Part shown: positions 24,084-36,750 of the stretch, piece after piece
Layout: each line of letters starts with the position of its first letter
How positions within the stretch are numbered: position 1 is the stretch's first letter
Assembly (NCBI GenBank): GCA_028534125.1
Contig: CM052816.1
Span: 34,722,001-34,786,000 of the forward strand
DNA: 64,000 bases
Direction: 5' to 3'
From: Lama glama
Lineage: Eukaryota
Position numbers and translations under genes: made by a program
Notes under the pieces: generated by a model
What the model saw: the letters and a program-made list of their open reading frames with translations, nothing else
Database searches by the model: none
Told to the model about the DNA's origin: nothing

Positions 24084-26104
24084 AAGCAAGCTGATGTGGC
24101 TCTGATGTGGCTGAGTGCACAGGAGTCAAGAAGCCTGTGATCAGGAATGCAGCCAGTGCTGGAGGCCACAGCTAGGCTTTCTGCCACAGAGACCAACAAC
24201 ACAGGCTTCTTGAAGACTGAAAACCGTTTTTGTAAAAGGCAGCTGAACTCTTCCTGGACAGGCCCCCGGTCGACACCAGCAGGGCAGGCACACTGTGAAG
24301 GGAAGCCTGGTAAACTGAACTTGTAGGGCCCCAATTCATAATCAGAAGCACCACTCACACCTGCAGTAGCTTTTACCACTTGGACCAGGTGTGACAGAAG
24401 GGATGAGGTCAGGATGCAGTGATCTGGTACTTCAAGTTTTTGGATTAACACTGTTTGCTTGTTTTTACATTATTTCTGTACACCAAGTAATTGTTATATA
24501 CCCTGGAGGGTAGGCATTGGGTCTTATTCCTGCTCTTGTGCCCTTACTTCAATGGTGAGACTGGAATAAGTGTGAGGTGGATGAATAAATAATTCTACTG
24601 TGTTATGCATACATTGGACTTTTACTGAACAACCAATAGCAAGTCAGACTGGGACTACATAACATCAGGTATTCTGGGTCCTGCCTTTTCTTCCATGTTT
24701 TACAGAGAAGCACAGAGTCTGCATTTAATATTTGTTCAGTGGATGAATGAGGTGCCCAGCTTAGTTGGATTTATGGTGTTCACTGTTCACGGTGAGCCCC
24801 CTGAGAGCATTTGTAGTTCCTTGCCTGGTTTGTGGCATTGTGCTTAGGCCCTTTTCTGGATTTCATGAAACCAAACTGAATTTGAAATGTTCTGAGACTT
24901 ACAAAAGGAGTTACTTTTGTTAACTATTTGGTAACCCAGAGGCCTTGTTTCTAAGGAAAAGTGCTGCCCTCAAAACTGTTTTTGTCCCAAGGCCAAGTTA
25001 TTTTATGACAAGCTGCTGCTACACATGAGATGGTTTCTCTCACACTATGAGCTCCTTTAAAGGCAAAATTCCTCAAGGAATAATAGTAAGCAAACCCCAG
25101 CAGCTCTTGGTGCTCCTGTGTAACTTACCAAGAAAATCTGTCCTCCAGTTGCATCAGTTCCTGCCCTGAATAAAACTGGATTGATTTCTGAGTTACAGAA
25201 ATTGAGCAAAGTTAGCAAATATCTGCCATCAAAACTTAATACTTTAAAAAAAAAAAAGGAAAGAAAAAGAAAAAGAATCCCCATCTGATTATGCAGGTTT
25301 TCGCCACACTCCTTTCTAATTCCAGTCCTAAGTAGCCTAGTTCTCAGATTCACATACTAGGGACAGGACACAACAAATACGACAGGAAAGAAGATTTTGC
25401 TCTGAGAAATTGTAGCAACTATTTCCTTAATAAATAACCTGAATCTGTTTTCATTGATGTCTTAACTAACAGATTATTCAAGATCTTCCTTCAAAGAAGC
25501 TATTGAAAAACTAAATGTTATAAATGTTTGTAAGATTTTCTAAATCTAATGTAAATTCATGGTATAGTGATTGATGAAGCCTCAATCTAGCTTTATAAAT
25601 ATAACCTATGGTCAGCATTGCCAAAGGTTATTCTAAAAAATTAAAAACAAAGAAAATGTAACACATTAAGACAAATTGTTTTTCTCAATGTAACTGCGTA
25701 AGGAAAGAACTATTATAAAAGCACTCATAAGATGCCTCCCCAAAAGATTTTGTGGTTTGTTACTAGCCCTATGCAAGCAATTTTAATGATTTTCTACCTT
25801 TTTTTAATGAACTTCTGTGAATAGAAATAAAAAGCATATGCCTTCATGCAGCACTAATCCATGACATACAAAAAAAATCCTGCCAGAGTAAAATGAAAAA
25901 GAAAGCATTATTTAAATATATAAAATGTAGCTTTCACTTGGGACAATTTAGTAACTAGGATTAGCTGTTTTAGAGACCCAGAAATGGATATGGCTTAATT
26001 TTTTGCCCACTGAAGAAGTGGTTATTGGGGGTAATCCTGTGAGTGACTTGCCTTGAGACAATTAGGCAATTGTGGTCCCTAGAGTTGAAGCTGTTCTTAT
26101 CTCT

Positions 26105-26220
26105 AAACCACTTATCCATTTATTTAACAAATATGTATTTCAAAATCAATCACATGGTGAGGACTGGGGACACAGTGGTAAACAGGAAGGTTCACACAGC
26201 TAAGGGAGCTCACAGTTTAA
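26105..26220 (-). mobile_element. L2 3' end fragment
   Basis: ccatttatttaacaaatatgtatt ... ggactggggacacagtggtaaacag ... gggagctcacagttta. Confidence 0.65.
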
Positions 26221-26654
26221 GGATCCACTCACTCAGATTGACTTTGGCTGCCCCGTACCAGGAGGACTGCCTGTAAAGGCCTGGAACTGACTCCATCTCA
26301 GCCCTACAGAGACTAAACAGGAATCATTTTACCCATTTTACAGACAAGAGAAGCACAGGGACATTGCCCAAGTCACACAACTGTTGGGGCTTGTGTCTGT
26401 TTGGCCTTGGCTAAAATCTGGTAGCGTTACTCCTGTTTGATCCATGACATTGAAAGGAATGCTTGGGGTGATTGGAAAGTTTTGAATTTAGACTTGAGAA
26501 TGGAAGCACCACTATCAGAAATATGGAAGTTGAGAAGAGGACCTGAGGTTAGGTGAGATGAAGATGGAGATGTAAGAGCTGTGAAGTGATCCTGAAATTT
26601 ACAAGTATAAAGAGAAAATAATAACAAGATGACGCAGTGTCCCTGACAGGAACA

Positions 26655-26895
26655 AAAATAGCGTTTACTATATGTCTGGCACTATTGTAAGCATTTTGCA
26701 TACACTAATTCCTTAAAATGAAGAAACAAAAACCTATGTGATAGCTTTAATTTCCATTTTATAGATGAAGAAAGTAAGGCACAGAGAAGTTAAGTAACTT
26801 TCTCAAGATGACACAGTTAGTAAATGACCATGGTGGGATTTGGAACTAGACAATTTGACCTCAGAGTCTATGACCTTAGCCATGATGCTATACTA
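26655..26895 (-). mobile_element. MIR SINE
   Basis: gcgtttactatatgtctggcactattgtaagcatttt ... ccattttatagatgaagaaagtaaggcacagagaagttaagtaac. Confidence 0.85.
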
Positions 26896-27389
26896 CTTCT
26901 CTTAAGAAAGAGTCAAAAGCTCTAGAAAGATATTTCTCTGCCACTCAGTGTTCTTTTTCTCCTTCAGTGATTATGGTGTACACAATGACAACAGCCATTG
27001 ATTTCTGTTTCATAGCACTGTTGTGAGCTTTTATAGGTGAATAAGCTTTTCTTTTCTCTCCTAAGAAAAACTCACTGCCCTTATCTAGAGGGAAAAAAGA
27101 AAAGGTTGTTCCTATATTCCATTCACTTATTACTAGCTCTGCCATAGCTGCACATTTCTTGTTATGCTTTTCTAAGAATTAGCCTTTTTGACCTTCAAAA
27201 TCAATAGTGTCTTATTGTGAGCAAAACTCAGAAAATCAAAACAGTAGGCAAGTATGGGACTGTCATTGTCTATGAAAAATGCCATGACCCTGGTGGCACT
27301 GTGGCCACACAAAATGGAATTTGCCTGTGTGGAAAGCAAAGGGCTAGAATTCTTTCGGCTTATAAGAAATGGAATTTATAACATCACTA

Positions 27390-27620
27390 ATAAGTCCAAT
27401 GGCAGATGAGTTCCAGGTACTCAGAGGTAAGGATCATTGTGTATGAATTTGTTCGTTAGTCAGGCACGGGTCCATCCTGGAACCAGCCATCTAAATCTCA
27501 TAGGCTGAGTCATGAAAGGATGGCTCCCAAAAGGAAAATCAAGGTACTACTTAAAAATAATTAAAATTAAAAATTGAAGTGGATGTGGGTCAGATACAAA
27601 CCAACAGCAGGCCAATATGA
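27390..27620. mobile_element. Possible old MaLR LTR fragment (MLT1J/K-like)
   Basis: gtccatcctggaaccagcca ... ctcccaaaaggaaaatcaaggtactact ... gtggatgtgggtcag. Confidence 0.4.
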
Positions 27621-30242
27621 GCCAAGTCTCCACCTTTTAGCTTGAAAAACAGGCAAACTTACCTAGCAGGGTGGCATTATGGAGAATTCTGGATTTAGCC
27701 CATGATTTTTCAGAGTAAATTAGACAATACAGAGGCCGGACGAGAAATGACATTTTTAAGCTCTCTAGTGCCATGCACAGGGCTAGATATGGGTTTGCTC
27801 CCCTCCTCAGAGCTACTTCTGGCTTTACTACCAGTTCCTTTGAGAGTTATCACATGAGACTATATTGTCATTCAGCCTGAATTACTGTATTGATACTTTG
27901 AGTTCCTTAATTGTGTTCAGGAAAAATCAACAGCCATATGGGTCTTTAAAAAATGAATGTTTTATCAATTCAGCAATGAATGTGAAAATGAGAAAGTAAT
28001 TTTATTTTTAATTTCGTATTGGTCCTGTGTCAAGTCACCCAATACTGTATCTAGTTGGAAAATCAAGTTAATGCCATGAGACTGGTGACTCAGAAGTCCC
28101 ATTTTTTTCATGTCCTCTCAAGACTTCATATAAACTCTTTTGTCTACATGCTTTAACTGTTATTGTGAGTTTGATTTAATTAGTTACAAAATTTGACTGT
28201 TAACATTGGAAGGAGACTTGGAGAACTTACAGATGAGAGACCAGAGACTGTAAAATCTAGGAGTAAATTTCAGGTCAATTCATATCAGGGGAAGAATTCC
28301 ATGTAAACAAACATGTTGAAGCATTTAGCCATAGTCTTTGAGAGTAGGTCTATTATGCTGGTAAAGTGTGAGATCATCTTTCTCTTATCTAGTCTTATCT
28401 TTGAGTCCTTTTCCTTTGAGAAAAGTGTGTTTCTCATTAAATCCCAGGCTTCTGTTGACTCATGACCCTACACTGAATTAAAGGAGAAATGAAGAACCCA
28501 CCCCACCCGACCTGCTGGGCCACGTACCAAATAATGATAATAATACCTCCATGGATAGAGGTCAGTGAACAGAACACATCCCCACAGATGTGGCCCGTCC
28601 TCATGGCTTCTGGGCTGTGGGCTGGGCCAGCCCCAGGCAGACGGTCTTCTCTGAGGAATACCTGAGCATGGGGCATGCCCTGCATATCTGAATCCAATTA
28701 GCCTACCCACTCAGCCTAACCCTACACAGAGGGACTATTCTTGGAACGCTTTCAGTGTACTTTGAACACAGTGACAACTGCTCGTGGCACCTGGGCAGTC
28801 AGTGCTGTGCGTGCCTGAAGTTACTCTCGAGCCATGTCCAGTTCTTGCTGAATTATGTGACAGAACAATCATACAACTCTGCTTTTTCACCTCTGTTAAA
28901 TTTCATTTGTTACCATTACCCTTTATCCTGCCATTGGTCTTGAAATAAGAAAAGAAATAAGGACTTTTAAAAAGAAAATAGCCTTCAAAGCTTCATTCCT
29001 ACATTCTTGCTGTTTTGACTAATGACATAGCTGCTAATAAGATTAGTGCCTTCCCTTCTGTTCATTTTCTAGCAGAATTAATTGCTGCTTTTATACCCTC
29101 TGCTGCTAATTTTGCTAGCAAGTCTCCAGAGGATTCTAGCCCAATTTTCTGCTACTAGAAGCAGAACTACCATTCTAGTAGGTCACCTAACATTATTTAA
29201 TTCCTTTAGGGGATCTTGAAGAATAAAATCTATAGGAGTAATTCAGACACAAATATCAAATGCAAATTAGAAACCAATTTTTCAGATAGGCAAATTGATT
29301 GCCTTGAACTAGATAGTTACTATTTCCCATAATCTTTATACCATAGGGTTGTTATAAGAAGTAAAGTATATGTGTGTCTATTTATATGTTATTCATAATA
29401 TCATATATATTATATTAAATTACACTGCAATGTATTACATTATATTATGTTGTATACTCAAATATAACCTAGCACTGTGCCTGACATATTGAAATGTAAT
29501 AAATTTTAAAGTGTTAAAAGCAAATAGGAACAATTTAAGGTTTAAAAATATGCATCTAGGCCATCCTTTGCTTATTTGAAACTTGAAATATGTAGCCTAA
29601 GGATTACAAGCAACTTTCATTTTCTTCTCTCCTGTTGATTCCCTTTTATTCATTTCTTGTACTTTGGAAACACTGTCAAAAGGAAGATGAGAAAAGATAG
29701 AAGTGATGCATTTCAAATTTCTCAAGATCAGCGCTATCAGTGGAATGAGAGGTGTCTTGACAGGTATCTCGCCTACCAGGGATAATAAAAACTGGGGACA
29801 GGCAGAGTCCTGGGGTGCCCTACAACAGTAGTGGGGTTGCTCTATTTGGGGTCCATTTCATCCACAACCCAAGGCAGAGTCCTGAGGAAGAAAGGGACTG
29901 GTAATGGGGGCTCAAAATGAGATGTGAAGAACTATTCCAGTCAGAAGGAGAAATCTGAACTATTTCAGGGGTTATAAGTCAAAAAAATGGAAGAAACTGG
30001 GCCAAATTGGAGATAGGAACACTCATGGGAATTCTACGCTAAATTTAGATAAATGTCTTTATCTTTCTAGAGGTGAGGGACAATGACAGATATAGTACAG
30101 TAGAATTTCCCCCAGGGCATTAAAGGCACTAGTCAGTTTCTAGCAATACCCTCCACTTGATCATTAAGAGACCCTTGGGCTGTTAACAAAGCAGTAGTTT
30201 TGGGGGGTTTTTTTTTGGTTTTGGGGGGGTTTACTGAAGAGA

Positions 30243-30293
30243 AACATACACACATGCAAACACAGACACACACACACACACAAACACATACAC
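30243..30293. repeat. (CA)n microsatellite, imperfect
   Basis: read directly. Confidence 0.85.
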
Positions 30294-31008
30294 TACTCCA
30301 TTAGTGAGGCATGGAGCCACAGCTAATTTCTATTGAATGATGTGAGGATTGTGGCAGTAGGGTCGTTAACAGGATAAAAGCTCAATAAGGTAATAGCACA
30401 ACTTGCAAATCAGCACTACCAGGCACCACAAAATGATTTGTAATTGAATAGTCAGATAAAATTGAAAGCAATGTACATTAACTAGCCTATGGACTTAATT
30501 CTTTGGGAAGCATTGTAACGTAGGAAAGCAGCAATTAATGTTGGCTGGTTACAAATTTGTATTTAAATTTGTGATTATTTAGAATTGATTGCAGATTATA
30601 TGGCAAGACACTGGAAGCTTAAGTGGACACCACGACAAAGTAAAACTAGTAATAGCAAAACCTGTTGTACTCAACAGAAAATAAAGAAAGGAAGGAAAGA
30701 GAGGAACGAGGACACAGCAAAACACACTGGGGGGTTGGCTGAGTGTTAATGTTGTTCATAAGGCAAGCTCAAAACCTGCACATTTTGAGAAGAAATGTTT
30801 TTCTGATACTACTTGTGCTAAAACATGCTTTAGTCATGGTATCATGACTTATAATAATGTATCAGCATCAACTGTAGTCTAATATATTTGCTAATAACAA
30901 TACATACCAAACTTTAGAACTGATTTCACTTTTTCCCTTAATAAATTACAGAGGATTCAAGATTATCCTTAGCCTAATGTCATTACCTCTTGCTAACATT
31001 TCATGTAC

Positions 31009-31012
<4 letters not shown>

Positions 31013-31039
<27 letters not shown>
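31013..31039. repeat. (GA)n microsatellite
   Basis: read directly. Confidence 0.9.
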
Positions 31040-31045
<6 letters not shown>

Positions 31046-31201
31046 CCCAAAGGATGAGAAGGTTTATGTGAGGTGAAGGTAAAGAATGAGAGGGTGGGTT
31101 AGGGAATGAGAAAGAAGGATAAAGAGCATTTCCCCAATTTATCTGCTCATGGGACTTATCTTCATGTTCTCGTGCAATGCTTACTGCATCTCCTCAAATT
31201 C

Positions 31202-31717
31202 TGTGGTGCACATTTGTCATTTCTTGATCAACCAGTATCTGAACCCCTTTCTATTTAGGGGGACTCCCATGGTATAAACCAGATTCAACTGCCCCTTGAA
31301 GAAGAGAACAACTGAGAGACGTTTTCCCATCCACAGACACAAGACATAAACTTGTCCAATCTGATGAGCATAATTCAGAGGCTGGTGACGTGCAGAATCA
31401 TGGACGGCAAGTTCTCAACCCTAGCATGGCCACAGGCAGAGACCATGGGCCCTGTGGTTTGGAGGCATCATCCTGGCTCCAGTATCAGAGGAACAGGATG
31501 AACTGTCTCCTACCTGTGCCCACAGCAGCTGCAGTGGGGGTGACCCAAGATAGTTCTGGGGCTTAGTTTGGAGCATTTTTCCAGATGATGTGGCCTCCAT
31601 ACCCAGTTCTCAAGCCTTTCTGGAGATCTTGTGATCTATCAGCATCCTTTAGTTAAATAATTTCCTTGAATCAGCCACAGTTAGTTTCTGTCGCTTACAA
31701 TCACAAACCTTGACTAA
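31202..31717 (+). mobile_element. ERVL-class solo LTR (LTR16-like)
   Basis: Starts tgtggtg...ccagtatctgaaccccttt; ends agttagtttctgtcgcttacaatcacaaaccttgactaa. Confidence 0.55.
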
Positions 31718-31824
31718 AAAAATGACCTTAGGAAACACAGTTCTGTGTTATTTTTAAAGTAATGATAGAAAATGAGCTTGTACTGATTACAGAAGGAAGA
31801 TTAAATTTTTAAAAAAATTGATAA

Positions 31825-31980
31825 AGCTAAAATTTGCTGAATGTTACTAGTAACTGGCACTGTGGCTTAGGTTTCATTATATGCAGTAATTATTATTCCA
31901 CTTCTCAAATAGAAAGACCAATACTCTGAAAGATTTGCCTGAAGTCAGTAAGCAGGAGTCAGAATTCAAATTCAACCTAT
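31825..31980 (-). mobile_element. MIR fragment
   Basis: gctaaaatttgctgaatgtttactag ... ggcactgtg ... tattattccacttctcaaatagaaa. Confidence 0.55.
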
Positions 31981-32749
31981 ATGAAGGAAACAAGGCTAAG
32001 TAACATTAGCAACTTAAATTAAAATGTACAAACTTTTTTAAATAGAGTCACACCAAGATAATCAGGACATGTGGCTTGTGGCTATCACATGTTCTTGTAG
32101 CAAATACAGCAAAATGTAAGCGGTGCTCAGTGAAAAGAGAAGACTTCTGAACCGACTTAGTAATTACTTGAGTAACTCTACTTCACTCACTGAAAAGATG
32201 AAATGCAGGGTATCAGGGTTCCCAGTCTTTCCCTTGTTCTTCTCCTGTTATCTCATCACAAACTGAACGTAATTAAGAGCAGTTGGTGCTAAGAGAGACA
32301 GACAATTTGCTGAGGAGATAATTAACCCCTGTATAAACTCAACCAGTTAAGAACTAATTTGTCCAGAATGGTAAAAAGTGCCTGGAGGACCCCATGGGTG
32401 TCAAAAAAAGGGAATGGTTACTGTAAACTCATAATTCACAGGTTAGAAATAAAATGATCTATTTGATACTTAAAATTGACTTTGCTTTTAACCATTACTC
32501 TAAATGGGGTGTTAGTTAGTTTACGATTGAAAAATCTAGGCAATGAAATATGTGCTGTTTTATAAGTGAAGCAGTATAGTGAGTGTAAAAAGCACCAAAG
32601 TAAGGAATGATGAGCACTGTATCTCTGCCGGCCTCCTGTGTCCAACCTGAAGAAAATCTGATCATTGGCCTCTATGCTAAACGGACCGGCAGACCATGGG
32701 TCCTAAGAGTCAGAGCTATACCTGAGTATCCTCTGAGAAGTGTCACTTT

Positions 32750-35630
32750 CTTCTCATCCTCACCATTCCTTTTTCATTTCTCTGTTCTTTCTACAACTTT
32801 TCTATACCATCCCCCATAAGTAACCATTTTGTTTAACACTAGAATAATACTTGCTTTTTTGCATAAATTAGCAGGTGCATGTATATTTCTCATGTCCTCT
32901 TCTTTCTTACATGAAGTGTAGCTCAATATATATATGAAGTATATATACATGTATGTATGTGCATATGAAGTATATATGCATGTGTATATGTGTTTATATG
33001 TCTATATAGATATAACAAGTCTATATATAAATTGGATCATGTTGAGAAAGTATTTCTCAATTCTTATTTTTGAGTGTTTTTATTTTGTCATACATAGACT
33101 TTTTCAGTATCAATGTAGATAACCTTGTGATTCTCTTCTTTAGCACAATTGAGATAGTATATGATCTTAATACATTTCCTAATATTGAACAAACCTTGCA
33201 TTCCTGAAATAAATCATGCTTGGTGATGGTTTATTCCTTAATGTGGTATTAGATTCTTAATTTATTTGAAATTTTTGCGTCAGTATTAAGAGGATATTGA
33301 TTTGTAGTTTTCTTTTTTTTGTGTGTGTGTGTATTATTCTTTGCCTTTTTTCCATTTCCATTACTTTGTCTCTAACCATTTTTACTTTCTTTTTACCTTA
33401 TTCTCCTATTTATTTTCCTGCCTCTCTTGTATGTCTATCAAATTTTTATGTGAGTCTCTTCTTCCTTGGGCACCTTATAATTTATTTGTTTTATTTCTTG
33501 GATTTTCTGTCTTTTTAATCCATTTTTTCCTGAATTCAATCACTTCATTATATTTCTTCAAGTTTTTATCTTTTTCTGTTCTTAGTTTTTTAATTTCTGA
33601 TTCAAAGAGTTTGTTTTATATTTTCAAATGCTCAGATGAGTATATATGATTCTGTTTGGAGTGTTGACTTACAAATTTGTTCTGCTTCTCTTGGGAGGTG
33701 GGTTGTTAGTTGATAGATGAAAAAAAATTTCCTAATTTTTTTGCACTGGCTCTGTGTGAATTCGTTGATACTTCTTTTTATTTTTTATGGTATGGTGGTG
33801 ATTTATAAGATTCTTGGCTTAATGGCTACATTTTTCAGCAATATAGCAAGGTCCATATGCTTTTTAGGGGTTATTTTGTTCATTGTTAGTAGTGGGAGGA
33901 GGAATTGTAAGTCATTCAATGTCGTGTTTCTCTGATCTTGTAAGACCCTAAAATTTCTACCTTTTGCTTCATTTTCCCTTCACCACCCAATTACAAAGGG
34001 TGTTTCTTTTTTCCTTTTGGTCTTTTTTCTCCCCTTAAATAATATGTTTTGAATAGTGCCCTTTAAATAACTCTTGACCTTCTTAATCACACATACTCTG
34101 AGGTTGTTTCCACGAGGAAAAGACTTCCCTTTCCATGTTGTGCTCTGCCTGGATACTGTGATAATGTTTTCATATGGAGGGTGAATTTAGTCTTTCTGAT
34201 GGTAGTTTTGATGAAACTTAAGCCCCTCTGCTAGCTTCTCTTCTTGACTTTCCTGGAGTTTTTCTCAGTCTACTTTTGCCCACTACAAAGCCCTGTGGTG
34301 GTGTAGGGTTCAGCAAGTATGAGAGAGCGTGCAGTGGGATGTGTAATTTTTCTCGTTTTAATCACAGTCATTTTCAAGTTTTGGCATTCTCTGTCTTTAA
34401 ATTATGCTGAGGGCATGGTTTTATGCAAATTTGCTTATCTCATCTTGTTTTGAACCATTTGAGGAAAAAAATATCAGGAGGCAAATAGTTAAGCCATTGC
34501 ACTGTCCATTGCTACCCAGAAGTCCCCAATAATTGTTGTTTTGAAGTTCTTGTCTGCTAACTTCGATTACGTGGATCCCCTATTTGCTTTTGTTGGCTTT
34601 GTTCCTCTTGATTACTGGTCATATGACCTTGCCTCTTCACACATCTAGTAACCCTTGATTTCAGATAGGATGTTTCGTACAAAAGACACATAGAGGTCCC
34701 AGTTATTATTTTCCACAAGAAAAAATTTTCCCTTCTTTTCTTGTGATGGATGAGTTGTGTTCTCCCACAATTCTTATACTGACTTCCAGTTTGACCATAT
34801 TTGGACATGGGATCTCTAAGGAAGTAACTAAGATTAAATGAGATCAAATAAGTAGGGCCCTAATCTGTTAGAAAATGCCCTTATAGGAAGAAAACGAAAT
34901 ATACACTACCCCCACCCCATCTCTGTTCTCGTGCACTCAATAAAGGCCATGTGAGGACACAGCAAGAAGGCTACCATCAGCAAGCCAGGAAAAGAATTCA
35001 CAGCAGATATCAAATTGGTCAGAACCTTGATCTTGGATTTCCAGGCTCCAGAACTGTGACAAATAAATGTCTGTTGTTTCAATGACCCAGGCATCAGTAT
35101 TTTGTAATGGCAGCCCAAGCAGACTAATACACCACTATTAGGCAGGGAATGGGGCCTAATCACTTAAATCCAACTGGGACCAGGGTCAAGTTTCAGTAAG
35201 ATTCAGTTCACTTCTGAATTTGTCACTTTCCCTGTACATGACTATCCCAGGCGTTTCATTGCAAGCATGTGGTTCTTTGGCTCTTCATTACTGAAAGCCT
35301 GCAGGAAATACATTTGGGGCTCCTCCAGTTTCCAGTGCTCCACAAGATTATCAGAGCTTTGCTGGTTGCTCTTCTTCCATCAGAGTCCCTCCACATGGGT
35401 CAAGCCCAAGCATCAGTGCATCACCCAAATTGACAAATGCCCCAAGAGAAAAACAGCTGACGATCCTGAGGTCACCTCAGAACTTTCCTCTCTCTCCAGA
35501 AGTTTAACTCATTTAGCCTTCATTGCTTTCACAGCTCCCTGATGTTTCAAAAATAACTTTGGCAATATTTTCTGTTTGTTCAAGTAAGAGTATTGGCCTG
35601 TCACATCCTGCTTAGAAGCAGAAATCTTTC
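32750..35630 (-). mobile_element. Cluster of old, fragmented L1 (L1ME/HAL1-like) pieces
   Basis: aatattgaacaaaccttgcattcctgaaataaatc (ORF2) at about 33180; T-rich ORF1-like tracts; 5'-terminus-like cccagaagtccc (about 34520) and gaagcagaaatc (about 35620). Confidence 0.55.
34742..35131 (+). mobile_element. MaLR solo LTR (MLT1A-like)
   Basis: tgtgatgga ... ggccatgtgaggacacagcaagaagg ... ctccagaactgtgacaaataaatgtctg ... ggcagcccaagcagactaataca. Confidence 0.85.
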
Positions 35631-35686
35631 TCCACATAACTTCTATTATTTACAACCCTGGCCTTCCAGAAGGATCTAACTGAACT

Positions 35687-36289
35687 GGAGGGAGATCAGG
35701 ATAGTAGAGTAGGAGGACACTGAGCTTACCTCCCTCTGGGAACATATCAGAAGTACATCTACATGTGGAACAACTCTCACTAAAAACAGACTGGAGGCTG
35801 GCAGAAAGGCTCTTCTACAACCAGGGCTGTAAAAAAGATCCACACAAAGTCAGGTTGGAAGGGAGGAGAAGCGATCAGGTTGGGACCTACACCCTAGCAG
35901 GGCACACAGAAGACAAGGGTGATATCATGGGCTCAGGGATCCTCCCTGAGGAGTGAGACGTCAGAGTCACATGTTAGTCTTCAAGTCCTGGCGTCCTGCA
36001 CCAGGAAGACCAGTCTCCTTAGCTAGTTTGAAAACCAGTGAGACTTACCAGAGAGGTGTAATAAACTAAGATTCTGCGGGAGAGGAGCACACACACACTT
36101 GTTTACTCCTGAAATAAGGCAGAGGAATGGCCTGGGTAATAAAATAAATAAACTACAAGGATATATTGTACAGCACAGGGAATATAGTCAATACTTATGG
36201 AGTAGAATCTATAGAAATATTGAATCTCTGCTGTATTGTACACCTGACACTAATACAATATAGAAATCAACCATAATTTTTAAAAAGAA
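35687..36289 (+). mobile_element. Mini-L1: about 450 bp 5'UTR fused to about 150 bp 3' terminus, no ORFs
   Basis: TSD atctaactgaact 35674-35686 / 36290-36302; 5' terminus ggagggagatcaggatagtagagtaggaggac; 3' terminus ctacaaggatatattgtacagcacagggaatatag...tgtacacctgacactaat...aaatcaaccata plus short A-tail. Confidence 0.85.
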
Positions 36290-36629
36290 ATCTAACTGAA
36301 CTAACATATGTTTATTGGAATGAGTGGATAAATAAATAAATAGAGCCAATTTGCCTGCTTCTTAATCTTAACTGGGTCAAGTTTGCCACTTTCTTGGGGG
36401 AGGGCAAAGTAGACAGTGGTATTCTGGTGATACAGCAAAAGTACTATGGCCAAGATTCAGAAGCATGTAGCAAAAGTGATGTTTTTGAAGCATGAACCAA
36501 TCAGACCTAGGCCGTCTAGATTCCTGATTCTCTGTCTTTATTTTCATTAATTTTTACTCTTCAGAGCCTCCTCTACAACCCCAGATGGGAAGTAATGGGT
36601 GATGTATTTGCTTACTGGCTTACCATATG

Positions 36630-36750
36630 TCTTCCCAACTAGACTCCATGGGGGCAGAGACTTTGTCTTGAATGCTATTTCATCCTAAGAATCCAGCATA
36701 ATGCCTGACCCACACAAATCATTTGTATAAATGAATGAATAAATGAATGA
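36630..36750 (+). mobile_element. L2 3' terminus
   Basis: actccatgggggcagagactttgtcttg ... gcataatgcctgac ... aatgaatgaataaatgaatga. Confidence 0.8.

Noticed and set aside
24030..24093. Repeat-spacer-repeat pattern resembling a CRISPR unit (also 42451-42547)
   Set aside because: Eukaryotic context, no cas genes; the first is a TSD around a tRNA fragment and the second a minisatellite without unique spacers.
23810..24451. Longest ORF (213 aa, minus strand)
   Set aside because: Non-ATG start, no recognisable domain, and it runs through the tRNA-half insertion and a MIR; most likely a chance ORF.
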